Shown one piece after another: positions 9,907-20,195 of a stretch of DNA of 64,000 nucleotides. The stretch's first letter is position 1; each line of letters starts with the position of its first letter. Under the pieces are notes generated by a model. That model was not told where the DNA came from and ran no database searches. It saw only the letters and a list, made by a program, of their open reading frames with translations. A program made the position numbers and the translations under genes. Origin of the DNA: Candidatus Saccharicenans sp. (GTDB taxonomy: Bacteria > Acidobacteriota > Aminicenantia > Aminicenantales > Saccharicenantaceae); NCBI GenBank assembly GCA_024653215.1, contig JANLFU010000007.1:26848-90847 (forward strand), written 5' to 3'.

Positions 9907-10148
9907 CCGGAAACCTCCCTTTCGCCGCTGGCAGTCTCATTCAATAAGACCCTTTTTCTCCAGGTCATCGGCCAGCAATATTTTCATATTTTACCTTTTT
10001 GTCCCTCTCATTTCTTCTTTTTTTCTCTAATGACCGGCGTCACGGAGAAAGCCTGACGGCTTGCGCCACCCCCTGGTTTTCTTTGCAGGAGACATGGATC
10101 CAGGTCAACCGACGGACCAGTCTCCTACCCTGTTTTGATTATCCTGAA

Positions 10149-11780
10149 CTATTTCCGGTCGAGTGGTTTTTGATATTTTTTCTGGCCCAGGGGCTGCCAC
10201 TCGCCGTAAGATTCTTCAACTATCCGGCACCGCCCTTCCGACGTCCAGGTAAAGCCGTAATTATAGCCGAACCACAGGTACTTATCGCCGCCGCCATTCT
10301 CGGTGGTGATGACATACCGGGCGGCCACGTTGCCGATGCCCAGGGCCCGGCCACCGGGTGTTTCCACGTCACCCTTGTTGGCATCAAAAGGAATCCAGCC
10401 GTAAGGCGGCAGGTATATCTCGTTCCAGCGGTGGAAGACATCATCGAAGCTGGCGTCGTCACCCCGCAGGCTGACCGTGCCCACGTAGCGGGCCGGCACT
10501 CCAAGCGCCCGGCAGAGGGCAATGAGCGAATAGGTGTACTCGGAGCAGGAGGCGGTTCCGCGGCGCAGAACGGTCGGGGCCGGGTTCCAGCCGCCCACCG
10601 GCTTCAGGTTGTAGCTTAAGTGGTCAATGAGGTACTCGTAAATTTTCCTGGCAATCCAGTAGGGATTCTTTTCGTTTCCGGCGATCTTGCGGGCCAGTTC
10701 CTGGATAAAGGGGTCATTGATACAGTACTTATCGCCGTCAACCAGGTACTTTTTCTTGATGTCCTCCGGGATCTGATCCAGGCCGCCGACCTTATCGGGG
10801 TAGATAAAATACTCGACGGCATAAATCCTGGCCTTAACTGACCAGCCCGGCTGGACAATCCCGGGTGCCTTCAGGTTCTTATAGCTGAAATGGGCAATTT
10901 TCTGGCCCCAGGCATCGGTAATTATTCCATCCGGTTTTTCCAGGAATTCCACCGGTCCAAGCAGTTTCTGGTTGTCCCGGTCTTCGGGCAGCGGCAGATA
11001 GATATCAAGGCTGGTGGCGGTACCCGGACCGTAGTTGCGGAATTCCTTCACGAACCTGAGCTCCAGCTCTTTCTCGTCCCACAGGCCCATGATGTCGCGG
11101 TCAAAGACCCTGATCCTGTAAATTTCATCATTCTCGTAATCGACATTCCAGAGATACTCCCCATCGAAGGCCAGCCCGGCCGGCCAGGGCCCGTAAGAAC
11201 GAAGCGAGGACAGGCACCAGCCGGTGGCCGGGTCCACCAGGAAAACCCGGTCCAGGGCCCGGTCGGTCACCCAGAGATACCGGCCGTCAAATTCCAGGCC
11301 CGCCGGCTCTGAGCCGGGAGCGGCAAAAGTCTGGATCATCATACCGTCAACCGGAGAAACCCGGAGTAAGCTCTTATTGCGAACATCGGTCATCCAAAGG
11401 TCTTTACCATCCCAGGCCAGGTCCCGGGGCCGGTCGCTGTTGGACTCCAGGGCCTTGAGAACGGCTCCGGTTTCCGGGTCCAGGCAGTAGACCAGTTTTT
11501 CAACCGCATCCACATGCCAGAGGTGCTTTCCGTCCCAGGCCAGCCCCTCCGGGTGGTAGCCGGGTGAGTCAAAGGACTTAACCACTTTTCCCGAATCCGG
11601 GTCTATCTTGAAAATCTTGTCCAGGCGGCTATCGGCCAGCCAGAGATACTTGCCATCAAAGGCCAGACCGGTCGGCAGCGGACCCGGCGTCTTGATGACC
11701 TTGACCACATCCCCGACTTTGGCCAGGGCCGGCAAAACCAGCAGGCCGATGACAGCCAGGATTAATACTGCCCTTTTCAT
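10149..11780 (-). CDS. secreted beta-propeller + transglutaminase-like (Cys-His-Asp) protein
   Basis: Five P.GL[AE][FW]DG..LW..D-type repeats; GTASCSEY, FHRWNE, WIPFD; AAGGAGG RBS before ATG 11780. Confidence 0.88.
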   Translation of the reverse strand: MKRAVLILAVIGLLVLPALAKVGDVVKVIKTPGPLPTGLAFDGKYLWLADSRLDKIFKIDPDSGKVVKSFDSPGYHPEGLAWDGKHLWHVDAVEKLVYCLDPETGAVLKALESNSDRPRDLAWDGKDLWMTDVRNKSLLRVSPVDGMMIQTFAAPGSEPAGLEFDGRYLWVTDRALDRVFLVDPATGWCLSSLRSYGPWPAGLAFDGEYLWNVDYENDEIYRIRVFDRDIMGLWDEKELELRFVKEFRNYGPGTATSLDIYLPLPEDRDNQKLLGPVEFLEKPDGIITDAWGQKIAHFSYKNLKAPGIVQPGWSVKARIYAVEYFIYPDKVGGLDQIPEDIKKKYLVDGDKYCINDPFIQELARKIAGNEKNPYWIARKIYEYLIDHLSYNLKPVGGWNPAPTVLRRGTASCSEYTYSLIALCRALGVPARYVGTVSLRGDDASFDDVFHRWNEIYLPPYGWIPFDANKGDVETPGGRALGIGNVAARYVITTENGGGDKYLWFGYNYGFTWTSEGRCRIVEESYGEWQPLGQKKYQKPLDRK

Positions 11781-11885
11781 TTTCTCCCTCCTTACCAAAG
11801 GATGAGGCATTTCTTCTTTCAATAAATTATATAAACAATTCAGGTGAATATTCCACAGACCCTGTTTCCCGGCTTTCCGGGTTAA

Positions 11886-12563
11886 TCACAGGTTAAGCAA
11901 GAAGCCGTATTTTTTTAACCAGTGCCGCCTCTGGCGGTAGTCGGGGAGATGTGCCTCCACCAGGCTCCAGAAGGCCCGAGAGTGATTCTTTTCCCTGGTA
12001 TGGGCCAGCTCGTGGATAATGACATAGTCAATTATTTCCGGCGGGGCCAGGATTAACCGCCAGGTCAGGCTGACTGTCCCCCGGGCCGAACAGGAGCCCC
12101 AGCGGGTCGCGGCTGAAGACAACCTGAACCTGGTGAACTTGAAACCGTTGAGCTCGGCCAGTTGCCGGGTCCGCAGGCGGAGATAGTTCAGGGCTTTTCG
12201 CCTGTACAGTTTCTTAAAAATCTCCCCGGCCCTTCCCTGCCAGCGAGCCGAGAGAATAAATTCCCGGCCGGTAAATTTCAGGGCTGGCCGGCTTTCCCGG
12301 GTTATCCTTAGCGGATACTCCCTGCCCAGCCATAGAAACTTCTCCCCCTCCACGAATTCCTTGGGTCGGAACATCTGCCGGCGTTTCTCGGCTTCAGCCA
12401 GCTTTTTCTCTATCCACCGGCGGTGCTTTCGGATTATTTCATCTATGGCCACCCGGCTGAGTTTCTCCGGAGCCCTGACTACTAGCTCTCCGCGGTCGTT
12501 AACTTCCAGTCCGACCGTCCTTCGCCTGGACCTGATTATTTTCATGACCTTATCGTTAAACAT
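11886..12563 (-). CDS. YgjP/DUF45-like zinc metallohydrolase (SprT/M48-like)
   Basis: RWGSCS...LTWRL...IDYVIIHELAH...NHSRAFW. Confidence 0.9.
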   Translation of the reverse strand: MFNDKVMKIIRSRRRTVGLEVNDRGELVVRAPEKLSRVAIDEIIRKHRRWIEKKLAEAEKRRQMFRPKEFVEGEKFLWLGREYPLRITRESRPALKFTGREFILSARWQGRAGEIFKKLYRRKALNYLRLRTRQLAELNGFKFTRFRLSSAATRWGSCSARGTVSLTWRLILAPPEIIDYVIIHELAHTREKNHSRAFWSLVEAHLPDYRQRRHWLKKYGFLLNL

Positions 12564-12783
12564 AAATACTTACTGGTTATAAAGCATAGCTTTCTTTCTC
12601 CGGCCCTTCAAGATTATTCGCCAGTTTTTTTCCCTCATTGGCTTTATCTTTTCCTCCAGAGTAATCTTGCTTTAAAGATTTACTTTATTGTTGCTCTCTC
12701 GGTCCGGACTTGCCGGAGGGCGGCGAATTGTGATAGTTTTTACAATAGTGGGAAATAACTCGGCAAGGGATAAAGGGGTGACC

Positions 12784-13779
12784 ATGTCCGGGCCGGGCAA
12801 CAGACTCTTCAGGCGCCGGTTTCTATCAGGCGGGCTGGCCTGCCTGCTGGTCCTGATATCTGCGGCCGGCTGCTCCCTGGAAAAAATAGCCCTCAAGAAA
12901 GCCGCGGGGATGCTGACCTCGCCTTCTTCTGGTAATGTTTTCACGAGCGACGACGACCCCGAGCTCATAGCCGGGGCCCTGCCCTTCACCATTAAGTTTT
13001 ATGAATCCCTGCTGGCTTCCCTGCCCGAACACGAAGGGCTGAGGTTGCGTACCGGAAGCCTTTATATTATGTACGCCAGCGCCTTCGTGCAGACCCCGGC
13101 CGATATGACCCCGGCCAGCGAAGTCGAGTCGCGCCAGGCCCAGCTTCTCCGGGCTAAAAAGCTCTACCTGAGAGGAAGAGACATATTGCTGGCCGCGCTG
13201 GAAAAGAAAAATCCGCGCCTCCGGGAAGAGCTCAAGGCCCGGCAATTCAAGAAAGCCCTGTCTCCGTTCGGACTGAAGGATATTGACTTTCTGTACTGGG
13301 CTGCGGCCGGCTGGGTGGCCGCCTATTCCATAGATCCGTTTGATATGTCAATCGGCCTGACCCTGCCCGAGGCCGCTGCCCTGATGAACCGGGTGCTGGA
13401 GCTTGACCCGAACTACTCCAGCGGTGCCGTTCATAACTTTTACATCCTTTATTACGGCTCCCTGCCCGAAGCCCTGGGAGGGGACGAGAACAGGGCCCGG
13501 GAACACTTCAGGCAGGCTGAAAAATTATGCGGAGACTCGGACACCTCTTATCTCCTGTCCCTGGCCACCACGGTGGCCGTCAAGAACCAGAACCGACAGG
13601 AATTCATCGGCCTGCTGAAGAAGGTGCTGGAGTTCGACCCCGACCGGGCTCCTCAGAACCGTCTGGTCAATACCCTGAACAAGCGCAAGGCCGCCTGGCT
13701 CCTGGAGCACGCGGATGATTTCTTTCTCCCGCCGGAAGAGGTACCAAAAGATTCGGAACAGGTTGAGAGAAAAAAATGA
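12784..13779 (+). CDS. TRAP transporter TatT (T) component, TPR-like lipoprotein
   Basis: Lipobox SAAGC; DDDPEL..ALPF.IK..ESLL..P; YLRGRD; GSLPEALGGD..RAREHF; first gene of the TRAP operon. Confidence 0.85.
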   Translation: MSGPGNRLFRRRFLSGGLACLLVLISAAGCSLEKIALKKAAGMLTSPSSGNVFTSDDDPELIAGALPFTIKFYESLLASLPEHEGLRLRTGSLYIMYASAFVQTPADMTPASEVESRQAQLLRAKKLYLRGRDILLAALEKKNPRLREELKARQFKKALSPFGLKDIDFLYWAAAGWVAAYSIDPFDMSIGLTLPEAAALMNRVLELDPNYSSGAVHNFYILYYGSLPEALGGDENRAREHFRQAEKLCGDSDTSYLLSLATTVAVKNQNRQEFIGLLKKVLEFDPDRAPQNRLVNTLNKRKAAWLLEHADDFFLPPEEVPKDSEQVERKK

Positions 13780-14792
13780 AAAGACTGATTCTTTCGGTCA
13801 CTGCACTTTACTTCATTATGATCCTGGTTCTTTGCGTTGCCGGGCTTCAGGCCGCCATAGAAATTAAAATCGGAAGCGTGGCTCCGGAACGCTCGCCCTG
13901 GCATAATGCCTTGCTTAAATTGGCCCGGGACTGGGAGTCAGCAACCGGCGGCCAGGTTAAAGTCCGGGTCTATCCCGGCGGCATCGCCGGCAGCGAGCTG
14001 GACATGATCAGAAAAGTTAGGCTGGGCGTGCTCCAGGGCGCCGTCCTGACCAACATGGGCATGATGCAGGTTGAAAGGTCGGTCCTGGTGCTCAACCTGC
14101 CCTTTCTTTTCAGCTCCGATGAAGAATTCAATTACGTTTTTCAGCGGCTAAGACCGATCTTTGAGACCAGGATAGAAGAAAGCGGTTTCAAGGTAATTCA
14201 CTGGACCCAGTCGGGGTGGGTTTACTTTTACAGCAAGGGACCGGTTCTTAACCCCGACGACCTTAAAAAATACAAGATTTCAATTACCAAGGATGACCCG
14301 GACCTGGAGCAGGTCTGGAAAAAGATGGGGTACCAGGTTGTCCCCCAGGATCAGAAGGACGTGCTGATCGGGCTGGAAAGTGGGATGGTCTCGGCCGTGT
14401 ACCTACCGGCGGTGATGGCTGCCTCGGGGCAGTACTTTGCCATCGCCTCGCACATGCTGGCTCCGAAGCTATCCCCGCTGGTGGGCAGCCTGGTCCTGAG
14501 CCGGAAGACCTGGGAGCAGATCCCGGAAAACTTCAGGCCAGCCCTGCTGGAAGCGGCCGACCGCCAGGCCCGGGCCCTGGTTGGAGAAATAACCAGCCTC
14601 GAGGAAGAGGCCATCAAGGCCATGAAAGAGCATGGCCTGGTGATCAATTCTCCTTCTGATAGAGAGATGACCCAATGGCGGGAGGCTTCATCCCGGGCCA
14701 TCCAGTCTCTGGTCGGAAGAATCATTCCGGCCGATATCTATGAAAAGACGCTGGGCTTTATCAGTGAATACAGGGCCAAGGGAAACCGGTAG
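13776..14792 (+). CDS. dctP: TRAP transporter substrate-binding protein (DctP/TatP)
   Basis: IKIGSVAPERSPW, VYPGGIAGSE, LPFLF; ATGA overlap with tatT. Confidence 0.9.
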   Translation: MKRLILSVTALYFIMILVLCVAGLQAAIEIKIGSVAPERSPWHNALLKLARDWESATGGQVKVRVYPGGIAGSELDMIRKVRLGVLQGAVLTNMGMMQVERSVLVLNLPFLFSSDEEFNYVFQRLRPIFETRIEESGFKVIHWTQSGWVYFYSKGPVLNPDDLKKYKISITKDDPDLEQVWKKMGYQVVPQDQKDVLIGLESGMVSAVYLPAVMAASGQYFAIASHMLAPKLSPLVGSLVLSRKTWEQIPENFRPALLEAADRQARALVGEITSLEEEAIKAMKEHGLVINSPSDREMTQWREASSRAIQSLVGRIIPADIYEKTLGFISEYRAKGNR

Positions 14793-16638
14793 ATTTTTCC
14801 GGTATGTCTTTCAACTGGAAGACATACTGGTCAACCTGATAGTTCTGTCAGTAGCTTTTCTGCTTTGCTTCGAAATCATCGCCAGGAACTTTTTTCAAAC
14901 CGGGATTAAAAATTCTACCGTCTACATCCAGCACCTGGTCCTGGTGGCCACCTTCCTGGCCGGGGCCATTACCTCCCGGCAGAAAAAACACCTGACCCTG
15001 GCCGCCAGGCTACCGCTCAAGGAGCCGGCCGCTACTGTTATCACTACCATTGTTCATATAATCTCGGCCGCTCTGACCTTCGCCTTTGCTGCCAGTGCTT
15101 TTTCATTTTCCCTCAATGCCTTCTCCCCGTCGGAAAAGGTCGGTTTCATTCCCAGGCGCCTCATCGGCCTGGTCATGGTTCTCGGTTTCATCATCATGGC
15201 CACCAGGTTCATCACCTCAATTGAACCAAAGAGAAAAAGGGGGCTCTGGCTGCTCGTCGCCCTGGCCCTAGCCCTGCTGATATCAACCGGTCTGATCCCA
15301 GGCGTCATCCGCGGACTTTCAGGACAGGAACCGGGAATGGTCCAGAACCTGGTGGCACCCGTCCAGGACCTCCTGGCCTCACTGGCCACACCTTTAATAA
15401 TAATTCTTATCATCCTGGCCTTTTTCGGAATGCCGGTGTTCGTGGTACTGGGCGGGGCCGGGCTGCTGCTTATGGCCAGGAGCGAACTGCCCTTAGAAAT
15501 CGTGGCCAACCAGGCCTACACCGTCCTCACCGATTATTCCATTCCGGCCATTCCCCTGTTTGCCGCCGCCGGATTCTTTCTTTCCGAGAGCCGGGCCGGG
15601 ACCAGGCTGGTGGATTTCTTCCGGGATGCTGTCGGCTGGCTGCCCGGTGGCCTGACTGTCGTCACCGTCCTGGTCTGCGCTTTTTTCACCACCTTCACCG
15701 GCGGTTCCGGGATCACCATCATCGCTCTGGGCGGCCTCCTGCTGCAAATCCTGATGCAGGCCGGTTACAACAAGAAGTTCAGCGTGGGCCTGCTGACCTC
15801 CTCGGGCAGTGTCGGGCTGCTCTTCCCGCCCAGCCTGCCCATAATAATCTACGGAGTAACGGCCGGCGTCAGCATCAAGGACATGTTCCGCGGCGGAATC
15901 CTCCCGGGAGCGGTCCTGGTAGCCGTAACCATAATCGCCGCCTTCATCTTCTCGGCGGGACAGAAAGTGGAGCGCCAGCCTTTCCACTGGAAAAAGCTCC
16001 CGGGCTCTTTCAGGAAAGGACTGGGGGAAATACTCCTGCCCCTGGTCATAATAGGCCTGTACTTCGGCGGAATCACCAACCTCCAGGAAAGCGCGGCCGT
16101 CGCCCTGGTCTATGCCTTCCTACTGGAAACACTTGTCCACCGTGACCTGAAACTGAAGGATATCCCGCGGGTTATGACTTCCTGTGTCACCGTCTTCGGC
16201 GGGGTGCTGGTCATCCTGGCCGTGGTCAACGGCCTTTCCTATTACATTATCGACACCCAGCTTCCCCAGCGGCTGAGCGAGTGGCTGGGTACGGCCATTT
16301 CTTCCCGCTATCTTTTCCTGCTGCTGCTTAACCTGGCCCTGCTGGTCGTGGGCTGCTTCCTTGACATCTACTCGGCCATCCTGGTGGTGGTCCCCCTTAT
16401 CGTGCCCCTGGCCGGGGTTTTTAACATTCACCCGGTGCACCTGGGAGTAATTTTCCTGGCCAACCTGGAACTTGGTTACCTGACGCCGCCGGTCGGGCTT
16501 AATCTCTTCCTGGCCTCCTACCGCTTCAACGAGCCCATGGGCCGGGTTTATAGAGACGTCCTCGGTTTCATGATGCTGCGGCTGGCCGCAGTTCTCCTGA
16601 TCACCTACCTGCCTTTCCTGGCCACGGCCCTGCTCTGA
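14740..16638 (+). CDS. fused TRAP small+large permease (DctQ-DctM)
   Basis: N-terminal 4-TM DctQ-like region, then DctM motifs AIPLF, GSVGLLFPPSLP and NLELGYLTPPVGLNLF; start uncertain. Confidence 0.9.
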   Translation: MKRRWALSVNTGPRETGRFFRYVFQLEDILVNLIVLSVAFLLCFEIIARNFFQTGIKNSTVYIQHLVLVATFLAGAITSRQKKHLTLAARLPLKEPAATVITTIVHIISAALTFAFAASAFSFSLNAFSPSEKVGFIPRRLIGLVMVLGFIIMATRFITSIEPKRKRGLWLLVALALALLISTGLIPGVIRGLSGQEPGMVQNLVAPVQDLLASLATPLIIILIILAFFGMPVFVVLGGAGLLLMARSELPLEIVANQAYTVLTDYSIPAIPLFAAAGFFLSESRAGTRLVDFFRDAVGWLPGGLTVVTVLVCAFFTTFTGGSGITIIALGGLLLQILMQAGYNKKFSVGLLTSSGSVGLLFPPSLPIIIYGVTAGVSIKDMFRGGILPGAVLVAVTIIAAFIFSAGQKVERQPFHWKKLPGSFRKGLGEILLPLVIIGLYFGGITNLQESAAVALVYAFLLETLVHRDLKLKDIPRVMTSCVTVFGGVLVILAVVNGLSYYIIDTQLPQRLSEWLGTAISSRYLFLLLLNLALLVVGCFLDIYSAILVVVPLIVPLAGVFNIHPVHLGVIFLANLELGYLTPPVGLNLFLASYRFNEPMGRVYRDVLGFMMLRLAAVLLITYLPFLATALL

Positions 16639-16974
16639 GATTGCTGATAACTTCGGGCACTTCTCTTGGTTAACTTAACTCCGCTTTAATATTCTTCCTT
16701 TTTATTATTCTTTACTCCGGTTAACTATTCATTTTTTCCCCCCTTTTTCCCTGGAAGACAGCCTCCTAACTTTGGCTGCAATTTTTCTGTCTCTGGCCGG
16801 CCGACACCGTTTCCAACCCGCCACTTAAAAATCCCGGCCTGGGCCTGATAACGAGGTTCATCTGCCCCAAGCTCTTCAGACCCGGTTTTAGAGAGCCAAC
16901 CACCAATTTCCTGTTGACTCAACCCTGGCAAGCTAATAAAGTAAAAAAGACTGAACACCCGAAGGAGCGGTCAG

Positions 16975-18312
16975 ATGGGCGAAACTTCAAAAAGAAATTA
17001 TTACATGGTCTTTTTAATCTTCCTGACCTTTTTTGTCATCTCTTTCCTGACCAACATCATGGGGCCACTCATACCAGACATCATCCAGAGCTTCAGTCTG
17101 AGCCTGGCCCTGGCTGGCCTTCTCCCCTTTTCTTTCTTTATCGCCTACGGGGTAATGTCCATCCCGGCCGGCTTCTTGGTGGAAAAATACCGGGAAAAGG
17201 CGGCCATGCTTCTGGCTTTCTCCGTGGCTTTCTGCGGGGCCCTGCTCTTCGCCCTGTTTCCCGGATACCTGGTGGCCACGACTTCGCTTTTCCTGATCGG
17301 GCTGGGCATGGCCATCCTGCAGGTGGCCATAAACCCGCTGCTCAGGGTTTCGGGCGGCGAAGAACACTTCGCTTTCAACTCGGTCCTGGCCCAGCTCATC
17401 TTCGGCGGGGCTTCCTTCCTCAGCCCCAGGCTTTATTCCTACCTGGTCACCAGCCTGCCGGTGGAAGAAAAGCATAACGTGCTGCTCGACAGCCTGCGCC
17501 GCCTTGTCCCGGAAAGGCTGCCCTGGGTTTCTCTCTACTGGGTTTTTGCAGTGACCACGGTCCTGATGCTGATCATCCTGTTTATCTCCCGCTTTCCCCG
17601 GGTGGAGCTAAAGGAAGAAGAGAAGGTTGGGACCTGGGGCATCTATAAGATTCTTTTCAGGAAAAAAATAGTCCTGCTCTATTTTCTGGGTATCATGGCC
17701 TACGTCGGGACAGAACAGGGTGTGGCCAACTGGATTTCCCAGTTTCTGAAAACCTACCACGGGCTCGATCCCCAGACGGCCGGGGCCCGGGCTGTTTCCT
17801 ATTTCTGGGGCCTGATGACCCTCGGCGGGCTGCTGGGCCTGGTTCTTCTCAAGCTGTTCGACAGCAGAAAAGTCCTGCTGGCGGCTTCGCTCCTGGCCAT
17901 GGCCACCCTGACCCTGGGGCTGTTTGGCCCGGCCGTGCTCACCACCCTTAACCTCAGGATCCCGCTGATTTATTCCGGGCAGGTTGAGATTTTCACCTTT
18001 TCGGTTATCGGTTTTTTTGCCTCGGTCATGTGGCCCATCATCTTTTCCCTGGCCCTGAACTCGGTGGACAGATACCACGGGGCCTTCTCCGGCATCCTGT
18101 GCACCGGCATCATTGGAGGGGCGCTGGTTCCGCTACTGGTCGGCTGGCTGGGCGACCACCTGGGGCTGCGCCAGGGAATGTTTGTTCTGTACCTGACGCT
18201 CGGCTTCATACTGAGCATAGGAATCTGGGCCCGGCCCCTTATCAGCAACGAGACCATCTGGCTGAGGAAAAAGAAAAAGCTGGCCGCCGCGGCCCAGGCC
18301 GGTCCGAATTAA
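16975..18312 (+). CDS. MFS sugar transporter (FucP/GluP family)
   Basis: LQVAINP, YVGTEQG, MWPIIFSLA, IIGGALVP; about 12 TM. Confidence 0.9.
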   Translation: MGETSKRNYYMVFLIFLTFFVISFLTNIMGPLIPDIIQSFSLSLALAGLLPFSFFIAYGVMSIPAGFLVEKYREKAAMLLAFSVAFCGALLFALFPGYLVATTSLFLIGLGMAILQVAINPLLRVSGGEEHFAFNSVLAQLIFGGASFLSPRLYSYLVTSLPVEEKHNVLLDSLRRLVPERLPWVSLYWVFAVTTVLMLIILFISRFPRVELKEEEKVGTWGIYKILFRKKIVLLYFLGIMAYVGTEQGVANWISQFLKTYHGLDPQTAGARAVSYFWGLMTLGGLLGLVLLKLFDSRKVLLAASLLAMATLTLGLFGPAVLTTLNLRIPLIYSGQVEIFTFSVIGFFASVMWPIIFSLALNSVDRYHGAFSGILCTGIIGGALVPLLVGWLGDHLGLRQGMFVLYLTLGFILSIGIWARPLISNETIWLRKKKKLAAAAQAGPN

Positions 18313-18615
18313 TTCCTATCAGGGCAAACATCAGGGAATCAAGGCCGCCAGGTCCCCGGTGTTCATCAAATAATCATTTTCAGCAATACTCAGCCGTCAA
18401 ACAGACCCTTCAGTTTTCAGGACCGCACTCAAAATTTTTTAACCTGCGGTGCGAGTTTGCCGGCGCGATCGCTTCTGGCAGGGTTAGCCCACCGGGTTCT
18501 TAATCATCGGGCCGGCAAGATATCAGACCCGGCAGAAGTAAAATAATTTTTTGGCTGATGGGAAGCCGGGCCACGACTTTCAAGCGCTCGATTTCCCCGC
18601 TAAGTTTCTGGCTTG

Positions 18616-18639
18616 ATATATGAATGAACGTTCATATAT
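18616..18639. promoter_or_regulatory. operator-like inverted repeat
   Basis: ATATATGAA-TGAACG-TTCATATAT, perfect 9-bp arms, about 110 nt upstream of the ROK gene. Confidence 0.5.
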
Positions 18640-18748
18640 TAAGGGCCTGGCGGGCTGATGAATCTCTTCTCCCGGCAGCGCCAGGCTTATCCCTTAGCTT
18701 GCAGTCCCCGCCGATTTTATGTTAAAGATGAACCAACGGAGAGGGAAA

Positions 18749-19591
18749 ATGGCCATAGTCGGAGTGGACCTCGGCGGAAGCAACGTCCGGGCCGGCCTGG
18801 TCGAGGGTGAGCGGCTGCTCAAGATAGCCGTCCGCGAAGTCCGCAGCCAGGGCCGGGCCGAGGAAGTGCTGGCCGACCTCAGGTCTGTCCTGGAATCGGT
18901 CCTGTCACCCGAGGTTAAAGGAATTGGCCTCGGCGTTCCCAGCGTGGTCGACCTGGAGACCGGAACCATCTACGACGTCCAGAACATACCAGCCTGGAAG
19001 GAAGTGCCGATAAAAACAATCCTGGAGTCCGAGTACAACATTCCGGTCTACGTTAATAACGACGCCAACTGCTTCGCCGCCGGAGAAAAATACTTTGGCC
19101 AGGGCCGGCCCTACCGGAACCTGGTTGGCCTGATTATCGGCACGGGCCTTGGCGCCGGCATTATTGCCGACGGGCATCTTTACTCCGGCACCAGCTGTGG
19201 GGCCGGCGAATTTGGCATGCTGCCCTACCTGGACGCCAATTTCGAACGCTACGCTTCGGGGCAATTTTTCTTAAAGTCCCATGGCCAGCCGGGCCGGGAA
19301 TTATTCCAGAAAGCTGCGGCCGGCGACCAGGAAGCCCGCCGCATCTTCGCCGAGTTCGGTCGACACCTGGGCGAAGCCATCAAGGCCATCATGTACGCCG
19401 TGGACCCGGAAGCCATCATCCTGGGCGGCTCGGTCAGCCGGGCCTATGAATTTTTCAGAGAATCCATGCTGGAAACGGTTTCCACCTTTGCCTACTCCAT
19501 CGCCCGGAACAGGATCAGAATCATGCCCTCGACCACCGATAACATCGCCATCCTGGGAGCGGCTGCCCTGTACCTGGACAGCCAGCGGTGA
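18749..19591 (+). CDS. ROK family sugar kinase (glucokinase-like)
   Basis: GVDLGGS, NDANC.A.GE, IGTGLGAG, GAGEFG, ILGGSV; no HTH. Confidence 0.92.
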   Translation: MAIVGVDLGGSNVRAGLVEGERLLKIAVREVRSQGRAEEVLADLRSVLESVLSPEVKGIGLGVPSVVDLETGTIYDVQNIPAWKEVPIKTILESEYNIPVYVNNDANCFAAGEKYFGQGRPYRNLVGLIIGTGLGAGIIADGHLYSGTSCGAGEFGMLPYLDANFERYASGQFFLKSHGQPGRELFQKAAAGDQEARRIFAEFGRHLGEAIKAIMYAVDPEAIILGGSVSRAYEFFRESMLETVSTFAYSIARNRIRIMPSTTDNIAILGAAALYLDSQR

Positions 19592-20195
19592 GGGGTGGTT
19601 TAGATTAACTGATCATACAAGTCTCATCGGGCCGGAGCAAATCCGCGTCAGGTTTAATACCTCCAATCCGAATGGCCTGAACAACGGCCAATTCCCCGCA
19701 ATAATTAAACCCGGTTTTCTGTATGACCGGAATTTACAGGCCTTCCATTGACCGACGGGTCATATCCGGTCCCCGACAGAACCCACGGCTTCCTGAAATT
19801 TCCCTGATTTTTCAGGCGCCGGCCACGACCATTCTGCGATCCAGCCCAATTCCCTGTATCCGAAATTTCCGGGTCAACCCGGCTCGACAACCCGATTGCT
19901 GTGGAGGGTTGATGTTGAAGGCCGGCCTTCAATTAATGGATATAAGAAGTTGGGACTGCTTCTTTAAATTCAGTCCACCATCAGCCTGTCTTCCAGGACA
20001 ACCACCACGATATCCTCAAATCTTTATGGTCCTCACCGGAATTTAACGAGACGGTGGCCAAAGCGGCGATCTGGGCCCGTCTCTCCCCCTAAGAAAATCT
20101 GCCGGCAGGCCCACCCTGTTTAACTCATAATCGAGGAGCTATCCAGAGCCGAATTTTCCTTAGGGAACTCGATAATCAGACTCCATATATTGAAG

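Noticed and set aside
9907-10148. Hairpins upstream of the dmsC-like gene considered as a Moco/Wco riboswitch
   Set aside because: Stems exist (AGGAGAC/GTCTCCT, GCTGGC/GCCAGC) but I could not match the conserved Moco motif; an Infernal search is needed.
11130-11700. Periodic DNA similarity resembling a repeat array
   Set aside because: Explained by the beta-propeller blade repeats of the CDS; there are no identical direct repeats with spacers, so it is not CRISPR.
13899-13915. TGGCATAATGCCTTGCT, sigma54-like
   Set aside because: Spacing is GG-N11-GC rather than N10, and it lies inside dctP.
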